Assembly (NCBI GenBank): GCA_050115495.1
Contig: JASFQK010000001.1
Location: forward strand, 32,001 to 96,000
DNA: 64,000 nt
Origin: Phycisphaerae bacterium
GTDB taxonomy: Bacteria > Planctomycetota > Phycisphaerae > UBA1845 > Fen-1342
Reading direction: 5' to 3'
Position 1 is the first letter of the stretch, and each line of letters starts with the position of its first letter. Below the pieces are notes generated by a model. It was not told where the DNA came from and did not search any database. It saw nothing but the letters and a program-made list of their open reading frames with translations. Below are positions 19,700-30,100 of the stretch, piece after piece. Position numbers and translations under genes: made by a program.

Positions 19700-22600
19700 T
19701 GTTTCTCTCCGACGCCTCGGTCAAGCGACCGATTGCGATGAGCTGCATCATCATCGGGCTGTCCCTGCTGGGCCTGAACGCCTATCGCAAGATGGGCCTC
19801 GAGCTCATGCCCCGCATCGACCTGCCCTACATCACCATCACGACGCTCTACCCCGGGGCCAGCCCCGAGGAAATCGAAACCGACATCGCCAAGCGCATCG
19901 AGGACCAGGTCGTCGGCATCGACGGCCTTAAGCACGTCAGCTCCTCATGCATGGAAAACGTTTGCCAGACGCTGCTCGAGTTCCACCTCGACGTCGACGT
20001 CGACATCGCCGCCACCGACGTGCGTGAGAAGATCGACCTGGTCCGCGCCGACTTCCCCGAAGGCGTCGAGGACCCGCAGATCCTCAAGTACGACGTCAAC
20101 TCCAAGCCGATCATCCAGTTGGCCCTCACCGGCGACGTCCCGGTCGATGAGCTCTACGACTACGCCGACAACACGCTCAAGGACCGCCTCACGGTCATCT
20201 CCGGCGTGGCCGAAGCCAGCCTGATCGGCGGCGCCGAGCGCGAGGTGCACGTCTCCCTCGACCGGGACGAGCTCGCCGCCCGCGGCCTGTCGAGCACCGA
20301 CGTCGTCACCGCCGTCCAAAACGGCGTGCGCACGATCCCCTCCGGCCGCGTGCGCGAACGCGGCACCGAGTATTCGGTCAAGTTCGACGCCGACTATGAC
20401 CGCGTCGAGGACATCGGCAATCTCGAAGTCGCCAACCGCGACGGCCAGCGTTGCTATCTCAAGGACATCGCCGACGTCGACATGTCCACCGAGGAGCTGC
20501 GCCAGGCCGCCGAAATCGACGGCCGCCCCTGCATCGCCATCAAGGTCGTCAAGAAAGCCGACGCCAACGCCGTCAAGGTCGTGCACAGCGTCCGCGACGC
20601 ACTGGACCGGCTTCAGGCGGAGCTGCCCGGCGGCATGGAGCTCGTCTGGGTCACCGACGACGGCACCTTCACCGAGGCCACCGTCAACAGCGCCTGGATC
20701 AACGTCGGCCAGGGCATTCTCCTGACCGCCGCCATCCTCTTCATCTTCCTCTACAACCTGCGGGCCCTGCTGGTCGTCTCGATCACCATGCCGCTGACGA
20801 TCATCATCGGCCTGTTCTTCATGCAGTTGTGCGGCTTCACCCTGAACTTCTCGACGCTGGTCTCCATCGGTATGTCCGTGGGCATCCTGGTGACCAACTC
20901 GATCGTCGTGCTCGAGGCGATCGTCAAACGGCTGAACGAAACGGGCAATCCGAAGGAAGCCGCCCGCCTCGGCAGCAGCGAGGCCTTCGTCGCCGTCCTG
21001 GCCAGCGCCGGCACGAACATCGTCGTGCTGTTCCCCATGGCCATGATGGGCAGTCTCGTCGGCCTGTTCACCCGGCCGTTCTCGGTCACGATGCTCATCA
21101 TGACCGCCGTCTCACTCTTCATCTCCTTTACGCTGACGCCGATCCTCTGCGCCGTGCTGCTCAAGCCGCAGGCCCCCAACTCGCGCTCGCTGCTCACGCG
21201 GCTGGAGCGCGGCTGGAACCGCGGTTTCGACCGCGTGATCGCCGCCTACCGCGCTGTACTGACCTTCAACGAGCGGAACCGCCCCGTCGCCGTGCTCACG
21301 CTGCTCGTCGTCGCCGCCATCCTCGTGCACTCGCTGCGCCTCGGCGGCAGCCTCGGCACCAGCATGGCCACCGACGCCGACCGCGGCGAAGTGGCCGTCA
21401 AAGTCGAATTCCCCTCGCGCTACAGCCTGAATCAGACCCGAGAGCGCGTCGCCGAGATCCAGGACATTCTTCGCGACCTGCCCGAACTGCGCCACACGCT
21501 CGCCGTCATCGGCAAGGTCGAAGGCGTATTCGGCCAGTCCTCCGAAGGTGTCCAGCTTGCCCAATTCACCCTCAAGTTCTCCGAGCGCACCGAGCGCACG
21601 CTGACCATTCACGACCTCATGACCAACATCCGCTCGCGGATGGCCGGCCTCCCCGACGCCATCGTCACCGTCAGCATGCCCTCGTTCATCGGCGGGCAGG
21701 AAGCCGACGTCCAACTCGAGATCGCCGGAGACGACTTCACCGCCCTCGACCGCATGGCCCTGGCCAGCCGCGACCTGGCCGAACGCATCCCCGGCCTGCT
21801 GGACTTCGATACCACCGTGCGCACCGGCAAGCCCGAGCTACGCGTCCGGCCGCAACGCGCTGTGCTGGCCGATCTCCAGTCGCCCGCCACCGGCCTCGGC
21901 ATGGCCCTGCGAGCCAACATCGAAGGCCTCGAGGCCGGCACCTACAAGCGCGGCGCCCGTACCTACGACATCGTCGTCAAGCTCGACGAGCAGCCCGGCA
22001 AGGACCAGGTTGCCGGCTTCCTCTTCCCGGGCGGCGCCGGCCACCCCGTGCTGCTGACCGGCCTGGGCAGCGTCGAGGAGGACCTCGCCCCCGTGCAGGT
22101 CATCCGCAAGGACAAACGCCGCGTCTCGAAGCTCTTCGCCAACCTCGGCTCGACGTTGCCCCTCGGCACCGCGGTCAACGAGATCAGCGCCACTATCGAC
22201 GATCACAAGCTGCTGCCGACCGGCTTCGATTACGACTTTGCCGGCCGCTACGAGACGATGTCCGAGGGGCAGGAAGCGCTCGGCGAGGCCGGCCTCATCG
22301 CCGTCATGCTCGTCGTGCTGACGCTCGCCGCCATCCTCGAATCGTTCAAGCAGCCGATCCTGATTCTGGTCACGCTGCCGCTGACGCTCATCGGCATCTT
22401 CTGGTCTCTCGCCCTCACCGGTAACAACGTCGAGATCTTCGTCATCATGGGCGGCGTCATGCTCATCGGCATCGTCGTCAACAACGCCATCCTCATCATG
22501 GACCAGTTCAACGTCCACGTTCGCGAAGGTGTGCCGCGCCACATGGCGATGGTGAGCGCAGCCTGCGAACGCTTGCGCCCCATCGTCATGATCACGCTCG

Positions 22601-22773
22601 CCGCCGTCCTCGGCATGCTCCCCATGGCCTTCGGCCGCGGCATCGGCGCCGAGATGCGTAACGCCATCGGCATCTCCTCCGCCGGCGGCATCCTCGTCTC
22701 CGGCATTCTGACCATGCTGGTCATGCCGATCCTCTACGACCTCTTCACCCGCCGCGGCACCGCCAAACACTAG
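19699..22773 (+). CDS. RND efflux permease (AcrB/HAE1 family)
   Basis: SVKRPI, YPGASPEEIE, IGIVVNNAILIMD, RLRPIVMITLAAVLGMLP; 1024 aa; TGATG overlap. Confidence 0.96.
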   Translation: MFLSDASVKRPIAMSCIIIGLSLLGLNAYRKMGLELMPRIDLPYITITTLYPGASPEEIETDIAKRIEDQVVGIDGLKHVSSSCMENVCQTLLEFHLDVDVDIAATDVREKIDLVRADFPEGVEDPQILKYDVNSKPIIQLALTGDVPVDELYDYADNTLKDRLTVISGVAEASLIGGAEREVHVSLDRDELAARGLSSTDVVTAVQNGVRTIPSGRVRERGTEYSVKFDADYDRVEDIGNLEVANRDGQRCYLKDIADVDMSTEELRQAAEIDGRPCIAIKVVKKADANAVKVVHSVRDALDRLQAELPGGMELVWVTDDGTFTEATVNSAWINVGQGILLTAAILFIFLYNLRALLVVSITMPLTIIIGLFFMQLCGFTLNFSTLVSIGMSVGILVTNSIVVLEAIVKRLNETGNPKEAARLGSSEAFVAVLASAGTNIVVLFPMAMMGSLVGLFTRPFSVTMLIMTAVSLFISFTLTPILCAVLLKPQAPNSRSLLTRLERGWNRGFDRVIAAYRAVLTFNERNRPVAVLTLLVVAAILVHSLRLGGSLGTSMATDADRGEVAVKVEFPSRYSLNQTRERVAEIQDILRDLPELRHTLAVIGKVEGVFGQSSEGVQLAQFTLKFSERTERTLTIHDLMTNIRSRMAGLPDAIVTVSMPSFIGGQEADVQLEIAGDDFTALDRMALASRDLAERIPGLLDFDTTVRTGKPELRVRPQRAVLADLQSPATGLGMALRANIEGLEAGTYKRGARTYDIVVKLDEQPGKDQVAGFLFPGGAGHPVLLTGLGSVEEDLAPVQVIRKDKRRVSKLFANLGSTLPLGTAVNEISATIDDHKLLPTGFDYDFAGRYETMSEGQEALGEAGLIAVMLVVLTLAAILESFKQPILILVTLPLTLIGIFWSLALTGNNVEIFVIMGGVMLIGIVVNNAILIMDQFNVHVREGVPRHMAMVSAACERLRPIVMITLAAVLGMLPMAFGRGIGAEMRNAIGISSAGGILVSGILTMLVMPILYDLFTRRGTAKH

Positions 22774-22781
22774 CCGCCGAG

Positions 22782-22882
22782 AAAGGGGACTGGCTCCGAG
22801 CCCCCAGCGCTCCCCCGAACGCAATAAAAGGGGACATTCTACTTTATCCAACCACTCCCTCCCTCAGAAAGTAGAATGTCCC
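22782..22882. repeat. Composite AAAGGGGAC-type inverted-repeat element
   Basis: Left-arm copy of the 3800 element (22782-22798), then a perfect 15-bp IR GGGACATTCTACTTT (22831-22845) / AAAGTAGAATGTCCC (22868-22882). Confidence 0.8.
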
Positions 22883-22907
22883 TCTTAAGTGTTCGTATTC
22901 GCGTGTC

Positions 22908-22963
22908 CCCTTTGCCCCTCTGTTCCTTTGTTCCTCCGCTCCTCTGCCCCTTCGCCCCTCCAA
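22908..22963. repeat. Octamer tandem repeat (YCCTYYGY-like x7)
   Basis: ccctttgc ccctctgt tcctttgt tcctccgc tcctctgc cccttcgc ccctccaa. Confidence 0.7.
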
Positions 22964-23011
22964 CCCCGCCCGGCGCGTTACAATGCCCCCGGTCGATCCG
23001 GAGGACCCGCC

Positions 23012-23875
23012 ATGACGACCCGACTCCTGCTTCTGGCCGTGGGGTTGGTCGCGGCGGCGGTGCTCCTGCTGTCGCTTGTTCCGCAGGACTCGCCACCGCC
23101 GGACAGAATCACTCCCGCCACCTCTCAGCCACCGACAACCCAAGCCGCCGACCTGCCACCCCACGTCACACGCGACGAAAACGGCGCCCTGCAATGGCCC
23201 CGGCCGCGCACCAAGGATCGCGAAACCGACCGCCACCGCATGGTCGCCACGCAAATCGCCCGCGGCGACCACACCAGTCAGGCCGTCACCGACCCGCGCG
23301 TCCTCGACGCCATGCGCGCCGTCCCCCGCCACGAATTCGTCCCCGAGGACCGCCGCCGCAGCGCCTACGCCGACACGCCACTACCCATCGGCTACGGCCA
23401 GACCATCTCGCAACCCTACATCGTTGCCCTGATGACCGAACTCCTCTGCGTCGAGCCCGGCCAGAAGATTCTCGAAATCGGCACCGGTTCCGGCTACCAG
23501 GCAGCGGTGCTCAACGAACTCACGCCCTTCGTCTACTCAATCGAGATCGTCGCCCCGCTCCATCGCCAGGCCTCCGACCGCTTCCGCCGACTCGACTACC
23601 AGACGATTCAGCTCCGCGAAGGCGATGGCTACGACGGCTGGTCGGAAGAGGCCCCCTTCGACGGCATCATCGTCACCTGCGCCGCCGGCCACGTTCCGCC
23701 GCCGCTTTGGGACCAACTGAAGCCCGGCGGGCGCATGGTCATTCCCGTCGGCGGCATTTACGACACGCAGCGTCTGCTCGTGCTCGAGAAGCAGGCCGAC
23801 GGCTCGCGTCAGAGCCGCAACGTCTTGCCGGTGCGCTTCGTGCCGATGACGGGCAAAGCCCAACAACAACCATGA
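23012..23875 (+). CDS. pcm: Protein-L-isoaspartate O-methyltransferase with N-terminal signal/anchor
   Basis: VPRHEFVP, AYAD.PLPIGYGQTISQPYIVA, LEIGTGSGYQAA, GDGYDGW..APFDGI, VRFVPM; GGAGG RBS; hydrophobic N-terminus and Pro/Thr-rich linker. Confidence 0.93.
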   Translation: MTTRLLLLAVGLVAAAVLLLSLVPQDSPPPDRITPATSQPPTTQAADLPPHVTRDENGALQWPRPRTKDRETDRHRMVATQIARGDHTSQAVTDPRVLDAMRAVPRHEFVPEDRRRSAYADTPLPIGYGQTISQPYIVALMTELLCVEPGQKILEIGTGSGYQAAVLNELTPFVYSIEIVAPLHRQASDRFRRLDYQTIQLREGDGYDGWSEEAPFDGIIVTCAAGHVPPPLWDQLKPGGRMVIPVGGIYDTQRLLVLEKQADGSRQSRNVLPVRFVPMTGKAQQQP

Positions 23876-26346
23876 CCGCGGCTCCCGCCGACCCACCGCT
23901 CGCCCCGCGTCTGGCCTCAACCGCCCTCGCCGTCGCCTGCCTCAGTGCCGGCCTGCTCGCCTGGGAAATCGAACTGATGCGCCGGCTGCTCATCGAGCGC
24001 TGGCATCACTTCGGCTACCTCGTAATCAGTGTGGCCCTACTGGGCTTCGGCGCCAGCGGCACACTGCTCGCCCCACTCGCTGGCCGCATCCGCCGCCGCC
24101 CACAGCGCTGGCTCTTCGCCCTGTCGGCGGCGTTATTCGTCGCCCTGCTCGTGTTACCGCGTGTCGCCGCCGAGTTGCCGGTAGCCGCTCGCTTCATTCC
24201 TCAGGACTTGTGGCGCCAGGTCGGCTGGTGGTCGCTGTACTGGCTCGCAGCGCTCATACCCTTCCTCCTCGGCGGAGCGTACATCGGCGCCGCCCTCCTG
24301 ACCGCCGGCCCGCACGTCGGCCCCATCTACGCCGCCAATCTCGTGGGCAGTGCCATCGGTGCCGCCGGCGCCGCGCTGCTCAGCTCCAGATTGGTGCCGA
24401 TTCACGCGCACTGGCCCTGGCTGGCGGCGATTCTCGTCGCCGTGCTCTGCGGACCGCTCCCGCCCGCCGCCCGCTACAAGCACTGGCCACGGCTCGCGAT
24501 CGTCGCTGCGCTCACTCTCGCCGCCGTCGCCACCGAAACCAGCTGGCCGCTCGCCCCCGTCTACGACGAGCACAAGTACGCCGCCCGCCTGCAACTCCTG
24601 GCCAAACAAGACGCGGTCCGCCGCATCGCCGCCCGGGCCGATCCCCACGGCTACGTCGAACTCTACGCCAGCAACCTGTTCCACGACCTGCCCTTCCTCG
24701 CCCTCAGCAGCCCGCCCCCGCCGATGTTCAGTCTCGTCGTCAACGGCGATCCCGCCGGCTCGGTCCTGCGCATCGACGACGCGTCCGGCGCCGCCGTCAT
24801 GGACCGCACGCTCATGGCCCTGCCCTATCGCCTGCTGCCGGAGCGCCCCCGCGCGCTCCTGGCCGGCGAGACCGGCGGCACAAACGTCTGGCTCGCCCGG
24901 CGTCAGAACGCCGCCCGAATCGATGCGACCCAGCCGAACACCGCCATTTTCGACCTGCTCCGCGCTCACGCGCCCGCGGTCCTCGCCGACGACCACGTCC
25001 ACTGGCACACGCACCACACACGCGCCTTCCTCGCCACCGCCCCGCCCGGCCAGATCGACCTCATCCAGATCGCCGCCGTCGAGGGCCTCGGCTTCGGCGC
25101 GACCGGCCTGCACGGTCTCGCCGAAGATCACCTGCTGACCGTCGAGGGTCTCGCCGCCGGCCTGCGGGCCCTCAGCGACGACGGTGTCCTCGCTGTCTGC
25201 CGCGGCCTGCAATACCCCGGCCGCGAGAACATCCGCCTGCTGGCCACCCTGTCGGCCGCCCTCGAAAGCGCCGGCATCCGCGACGCCGGCCCGCATCTCA
25301 TCCAGGTCCGCGACTACCTCGGCATCTGCACGCTCGCCCTGAAGCAACCACTCGACAACACACGCCGCCAGAAGCTGCGCGACACCATCACCGAACTCGG
25401 CCTCACCCCCATCTGGTATGACGGCGTCCCCGCCGCCGACCTCAACCGCCCCGACGTACTGGAAGACCCGCCCGGCCATCCGCACGACTGGCTGCACGAA
25501 GCCGCCGTCGAGATCCTCTCCCCCCGACGACAGGCGTTCTTCAACCGCTGGCTGCTCAACGTCCGCCCGCCACATGACGACAGCCCGTTCTTCTGGGATT
25601 TCTACAAGCCCGGGGCGATCGCCGCCCTGAAGCAAACCTACGGCGATCTCTGGCTCACCCGCGCCGAGCTCGGCCGCCTGTTCCTCTACGTCTCGCTCGT
25701 ACTCACGTCGGCCGCCGCGGTCGTGCTGATCCTGCTACCGCTCGGCGTTGTCGAGCTGCTCCGCCGACGAAGCACCGCCCGACAACAGCGCGCCAATCAG
25801 GGAAGGGGAAACGCGCCGCGTATGGTGCTCTACTTCGCCGGCATCGGCCTCGGCTTCATGGGCATCGAGATGGCCCTCATCAGCCGCGCCATCCGCTGGC
25901 TCGGCGAACCCGTGCTGGCCAGCGCCCTCGTCATCGGCGGACTGCTCGTGCTCAGCGGCGGCGGCAGTCTCATCTCCCGCCGAATCGTGCGCCAGCGGAT
26001 CTGGCTCGCGCCAACAATGGCGGCCACAGGAGCCATCGCCCTGTGGCTGCTCGGTTGGGGCCTGACCGGCGGCGTGTGGTGGCTGCTGGCGGCGGTGCCC
26101 ACCGCCTGCTGCCTCGGCATGTCGCTACCCAGCGGCATCCATCAACTGAATGAGCATGCCCCCCGGCTCGTCCCCTGGGCGTGGGGTGTCAACGGCGTTG
26201 CTTCGGTCTGCGGTACATCCGCCGCCATCGCCCTGGCCATGATCGGCGGCTATCACATCGTGATGCTCGCCGCGGCGGCTGCGTATGCCCTCGCCGCCGT
26301 GGCCGCTATCTCACGTGCCCCCGCGCCCGCCGTGTGCTTGCCTTAA
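23872..26346 (+). CDS. Multi-pass membrane protein with spermidine-synthase-like SAM-MTase domain
   Basis: VISVALLGFGASG, IYAANLVGSAIG, E.HLLTVEG, DDSPFF, YFAGIGLGFMGIE, WAWGVNGVASV; ATGA overlap with pcm. Confidence 0.8.
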   Translation: MTAAPADPPLAPRLASTALAVACLSAGLLAWEIELMRRLLIERWHHFGYLVISVALLGFGASGTLLAPLAGRIRRRPQRWLFALSAALFVALLVLPRVAAELPVAARFIPQDLWRQVGWWSLYWLAALIPFLLGGAYIGAALLTAGPHVGPIYAANLVGSAIGAAGAALLSSRLVPIHAHWPWLAAILVAVLCGPLPPAARYKHWPRLAIVAALTLAAVATETSWPLAPVYDEHKYAARLQLLAKQDAVRRIAARADPHGYVELYASNLFHDLPFLALSSPPPPMFSLVVNGDPAGSVLRIDDASGAAVMDRTLMALPYRLLPERPRALLAGETGGTNVWLARRQNAARIDATQPNTAIFDLLRAHAPAVLADDHVHWHTHHTRAFLATAPPGQIDLIQIAAVEGLGFGATGLHGLAEDHLLTVEGLAAGLRALSDDGVLAVCRGLQYPGRENIRLLATLSAALESAGIRDAGPHLIQVRDYLGICTLALKQPLDNTRRQKLRDTITELGLTPIWYDGVPAADLNRPDVLEDPPGHPHDWLHEAAVEILSPRRQAFFNRWLLNVRPPHDDSPFFWDFYKPGAIAALKQTYGDLWLTRAELGRLFLYVSLVLTSAAAVVLILLPLGVVELLRRRSTARQQRANQGRGNAPRMVLYFAGIGLGFMGIEMALISRAIRWLGEPVLASALVIGGLLVLSGGGSLISRRIVRQRIWLAPTMAATGAIALWLLGWGLTGGVWWLLAAVPTACCLGMSLPSGIHQLNEHAPRLVPWAWGVNGVASVCGTSAAIALAMIGGYHIVMLAAAAAYALAAVAAISRAPAPAVCLP

Positions 26347-27166
26347 GGACCACCGCCGCCCCCACCACGATGCTCAAGCCGCCGAGACCGGCCAGCATCG
26401 ACTTCGGCCAGCGCCGCGAGACAGTCACGCTGCGCCCCTCCATCCCCACCTTCTTCAGCGCCAGCACCAGATCATCAAGCGGCACCCGCATGTGCCCGTC
26501 GCATTCCGTCATGAAGCGCCCCCCCTCGCCCTCCACGGACGAATAGCTGCCACCCTTTTCGACCGGCCCAGTCATGATCCGCCGGACGACGCGCTCCGGC
26601 GCATCCGCCGGCGCGTCACGCAACAGACTCTGCACGCGAGCCAGCGACGCCGGCGCCCGTTTTCGCACCTGCCGCAGCCACTCGGTCAGCAGCCGGCCCA
26701 TATACGCATCCGCCGCGTCGAACACATCCTCCTGAACAGGAGCCTCCAGCGTGCCGTGCTTCGTCGGCTCCCAGGTCAGCGTGAACTTGGTGTGCAGGTC
26801 AGCGGCCCCGTCGCGCAGCTCCGGCCAGCCGACCGCCGCCACTTGCTCCGGCACCGGCGGCAGCACCACCCGATAATCACCCAGTCGCAGATCGCCCGAC
26901 CCGATCGACAGCGGCCAGTCTCGACCGCCGATCTCCAGGCCCACGGCGACGTCCGTGGCCCGGCGCCAGGCATCGCGCTGCGCCTCGGCTTCGGCGGCCC
27001 GCTCACGCTCCACCGTGCGGACCTCAGCAAACATGAACGCGCCGACCAGGACAAGAACCAACCCCACGACCAGCAACATGCCCAGCACCGGCCGCCGCGG
27101 GACCAGCACAATCACGCCCACGCCGAGCAGCAACAGCAACAACACCGCGATGACGCCCACGCTCAT
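26306..27166 (-). CDS. Hypothetical membrane protein (last gene of kinase operon)
   Basis: GGGAG RBS; two N-terminal TMs and one C-terminal TM; starts 20 bp after the kinase stop. Confidence 0.7.
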   Translation of the reverse strand: MSVGVIAVLLLLLLGVGVIVLVPRRPVLGMLLVVGLVLVLVGAFMFAEVRTVERERAAEAEAQRDAWRRATDVAVGLEIGGRDWPLSIGSGDLRLGDYRVVLPPVPEQVAAVGWPELRDGAADLHTKFTLTWEPTKHGTLEAPVQEDVFDAADAYMGRLLTEWLRQVRKRAPASLARVQSLLRDAPADAPERVVRRIMTGPVEKGGSYSSVEGEGGRFMTECDGHMRVPLDDLVLALKKVGMEGRSVTVSRRWPKSMLAGLGGLSIVVGAAVVLKASTRRARGHVR

Positions 27167-27185
27167 GTTCCACTCCCGGCGTGCC

Positions 27186-30100
27186 TTACACAACAACGGC
27201 GTTCGACCGCCGGTGCGACGGCCAACCCAACAGCACAACCGCCACCAGCATCGGCACGACCGTGGCCAGCGCCGGGCTGACGATCGCTTTCGGTTCGATG
27301 GTCCGCCAGTCCGTTTGGAGCAACCCCTGCCAGGCAATGCTCGCCTCGGGCGACAACGCGTTCACCACCGCCCACAACAGCAGCGCACAACCCAGGCAGC
27401 CACGCAGCAGGTGCGCGCCGCCCCCGCGCCGCCGGGCCATCAGCAGCAGAGCACCGCCGGCCACCACCAGCCCGAGCATGAGTGCCCCCGGCACGCCGTC
27501 GCGGATGAAGCTCAACAACTGCGGCGGCAACTCACCCGAGCCCCGCTCCTCCGCCCACTGGCTCAGCGCCCCATGGCTCACCGCCAGCACGACCCCCGCG
27601 AGCAGCAGCAGCTTGCCCACAAACGACACGCCCGCATCCACCGTCCGTCCCACGAACGACGGCGCCGACGCGTCGATGATCACCGGCTCGACCGGCTCCA
27701 TCGCTTCCGCCGCCGGAGGCGCCACGCGATCCTCCGCCACGGCCACCGCCGGCCCCGCCGACGTGCTCGCCCAGCCGGCGTCCTCCGCCATGTCGTACTC
27801 ATCGTCTGCCGGCGGCGGTGGCGGTACCTGGTTGCCGACGGTCGAACCGCCGCGCCGACCGGGCGCGAGCAGCGCCACCAGGGCCACGACACTCCCCACC
27901 ACCAGTCCAAAGATCGCCCCCGCCTGCTCATCCCCGTGCGGCATCTCGGTGTACGCGAGAATGCTGCTCATGCCCGCCGCCAGCGTCAGGCCCAGCGAGA
28001 CCACGAGCATGCGCATCGTCCCGCCCCAGATCGTCCGCCGCCGCTGCTGAAACGTCTTCGTCAACAGGAAGGGCAGCCATGCCAGACCGCCCAGCAGCGC
28101 AAACAGCAGCGCCGCACCAGCGTCGCCGCAGGGCGCCACGCTGATCAGGGTAACCAGCGCCGACACCATCCCCACCAGTACCAGCAGGCTCAGCACGCCG
28201 AACACGCCCTGCAGCATGTGGCTGCGCGGCCGCGTGCCGTCCGCCTCCAAAGCCACCAGCGTGACCGCTCCCCCCGCCACCAGCCCGAAGATCGTCCCGC
28301 CCAGCTCTTCATTATCCAGCTCCATAAAGGCCGTCACGCTGACCATGCCCGCCACCAGCGTCAGCCCCAGCGAGACCACCAGCGGACGCAACGTCCCACG
28401 CCACAACCCGCGCTGGCGCTGCTGATACGTCTTCGTCAGCAGAAACGGCAACCACGCCACCCCGGCCAGCGTCGCAAACAGCAACCCCGCACAGGCCTCT
28501 CGGTCGCGTCCGAAAACCCAGTTGTATTCCCCGTCGTGCGTGTAGCACTGCGGCGGCGCGATCACCAATACAAAGAACGCCCCCAGCGCGCACGCCACCA
28601 CCAGCGTGCTCAGCACACCATACCACCCGCGCACGGCCGCACTCCGCGGCGGGCCGGTCTCCACTTCGACGGGCGGCGCCGGCGGCGGGCCCTGGCGGAC
28701 CGGCGTCCGGCTCCCCGCCGGGTCACGCCACCGCACCGCTAACCGGCCCCACAGGCTGTGACGCCGGCTCCGCCCGCCCGGACCAGACGGCGGTGTCGTG
28801 CCCGTCGCGACCCCAGGAGTACCGCCCCACAACGATGCCCCCGCCTGCGTTAGCAGTGACATCGTCGCGCACAGACACGCCGCCGGGAACGAGAATTTCC
28901 CGGCGTCCAGAATCGCCGCCGCGATCGCCCCGATGATCGCCGGCCACACCGCCCGCCCGGCGCTCACCTCGCCCCGCTGGCCCGCCTCGATGCGCCCTGT
29001 CCAATCACACAGGACCAGCACCGCCAGGAGCGCCACCAGCATGCGGGCCAGTGGCTCGCTCTCCTCGGCCGCCACGGCGAAGGCGGGGACCATGAACATC
29101 GCCGTCACCCCCGCATACGCCAGCCGATTCCACATCCCTCCCTTCCACGCCGACCAGCGCAACACCCGGAAGTACGCCACCAGCGGACCAGCGCAGCCGG
29201 CCACGTTCGCCAGCACAAAGACGATCGCCCGGTCGATGTTGCCCGTCACCAGCGCCAGGCCGAGACCCACCGCTACGGCCACCGCCACCAGCACGAACCG
29301 CTGCGCCCGCCGGGCCCGCAACGCCTCCGTCTGCACCGGATCCCGCCGCGGCCCGCCGCCCGCCTTGCGCCGCAGCTTCTCCGCCGCCCGCTCCAGCTTC
29401 TGCGAAAACCGGTCCACCTTCTCCTGGTACCGCCGCCCCATCTCGTCCGCCCGCCCGGCCCGCTCGCGCACGTCCAGCGGCGGCACCGGTGGCAGGCGCG
29501 GCGGTGTGGTCATCGTCCGCTCCGGATCGAGCGCCTCCGGATGTCGCGGCCCGCGCGTCAGCGTCGCCGGATCGAACGACGCGATGCTCGCGTCCACATC
29601 GGCGCACTGCCGCAGCTCGTCCGCCATCTCGTTCGCGCTCTGGTAGCGGTCCTTCGGATCCTTGGCCAGGGCCCGGGCGATTACGTTGGCGAACGGCTCG
29701 GGAATGCCGCTGAGATCCGGATGGTCCGTCAGGTGCCGCATCAGGATCTCGCCCATGCTCGACCCCGTGAACGGCAGGCTGCCGGTCAGCAGCTCGAACA
29801 GGATCACGCCCACCGCGTAGATATCGATCGCCTGCGTGTAGCTGCCCGAGCCGATCTCCGGCGCCATGTAGTGCACCGTGCCCACGCTCACCGTCTGCCC
29901 GCTGTGCCGGCTGACGGACATGTGCTTGCTCAGCCCGTAGTCACCGATCTTCACGTAGCCGTCGTCGTAGAACACATTCGCCGGCTTCAGATCGCGGTGC
30001 ACGATGCCCCGCTCGTGCAGGTAGGAGAGCCCGCGGGCCATACCGTCCACGAAGAACGCCGCTTTCTGCGGCCCCAGCCCTCGCGGCTCGGCCAGCATCA

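Noticed and set aside
22876..23871. Apparent 1156-aa ORF or pcm fusion
   Set aside because: First third is an alternative frame of pcm; the ATGA coupling at 23872 marks the true start, so no frameshift needs to be invoked
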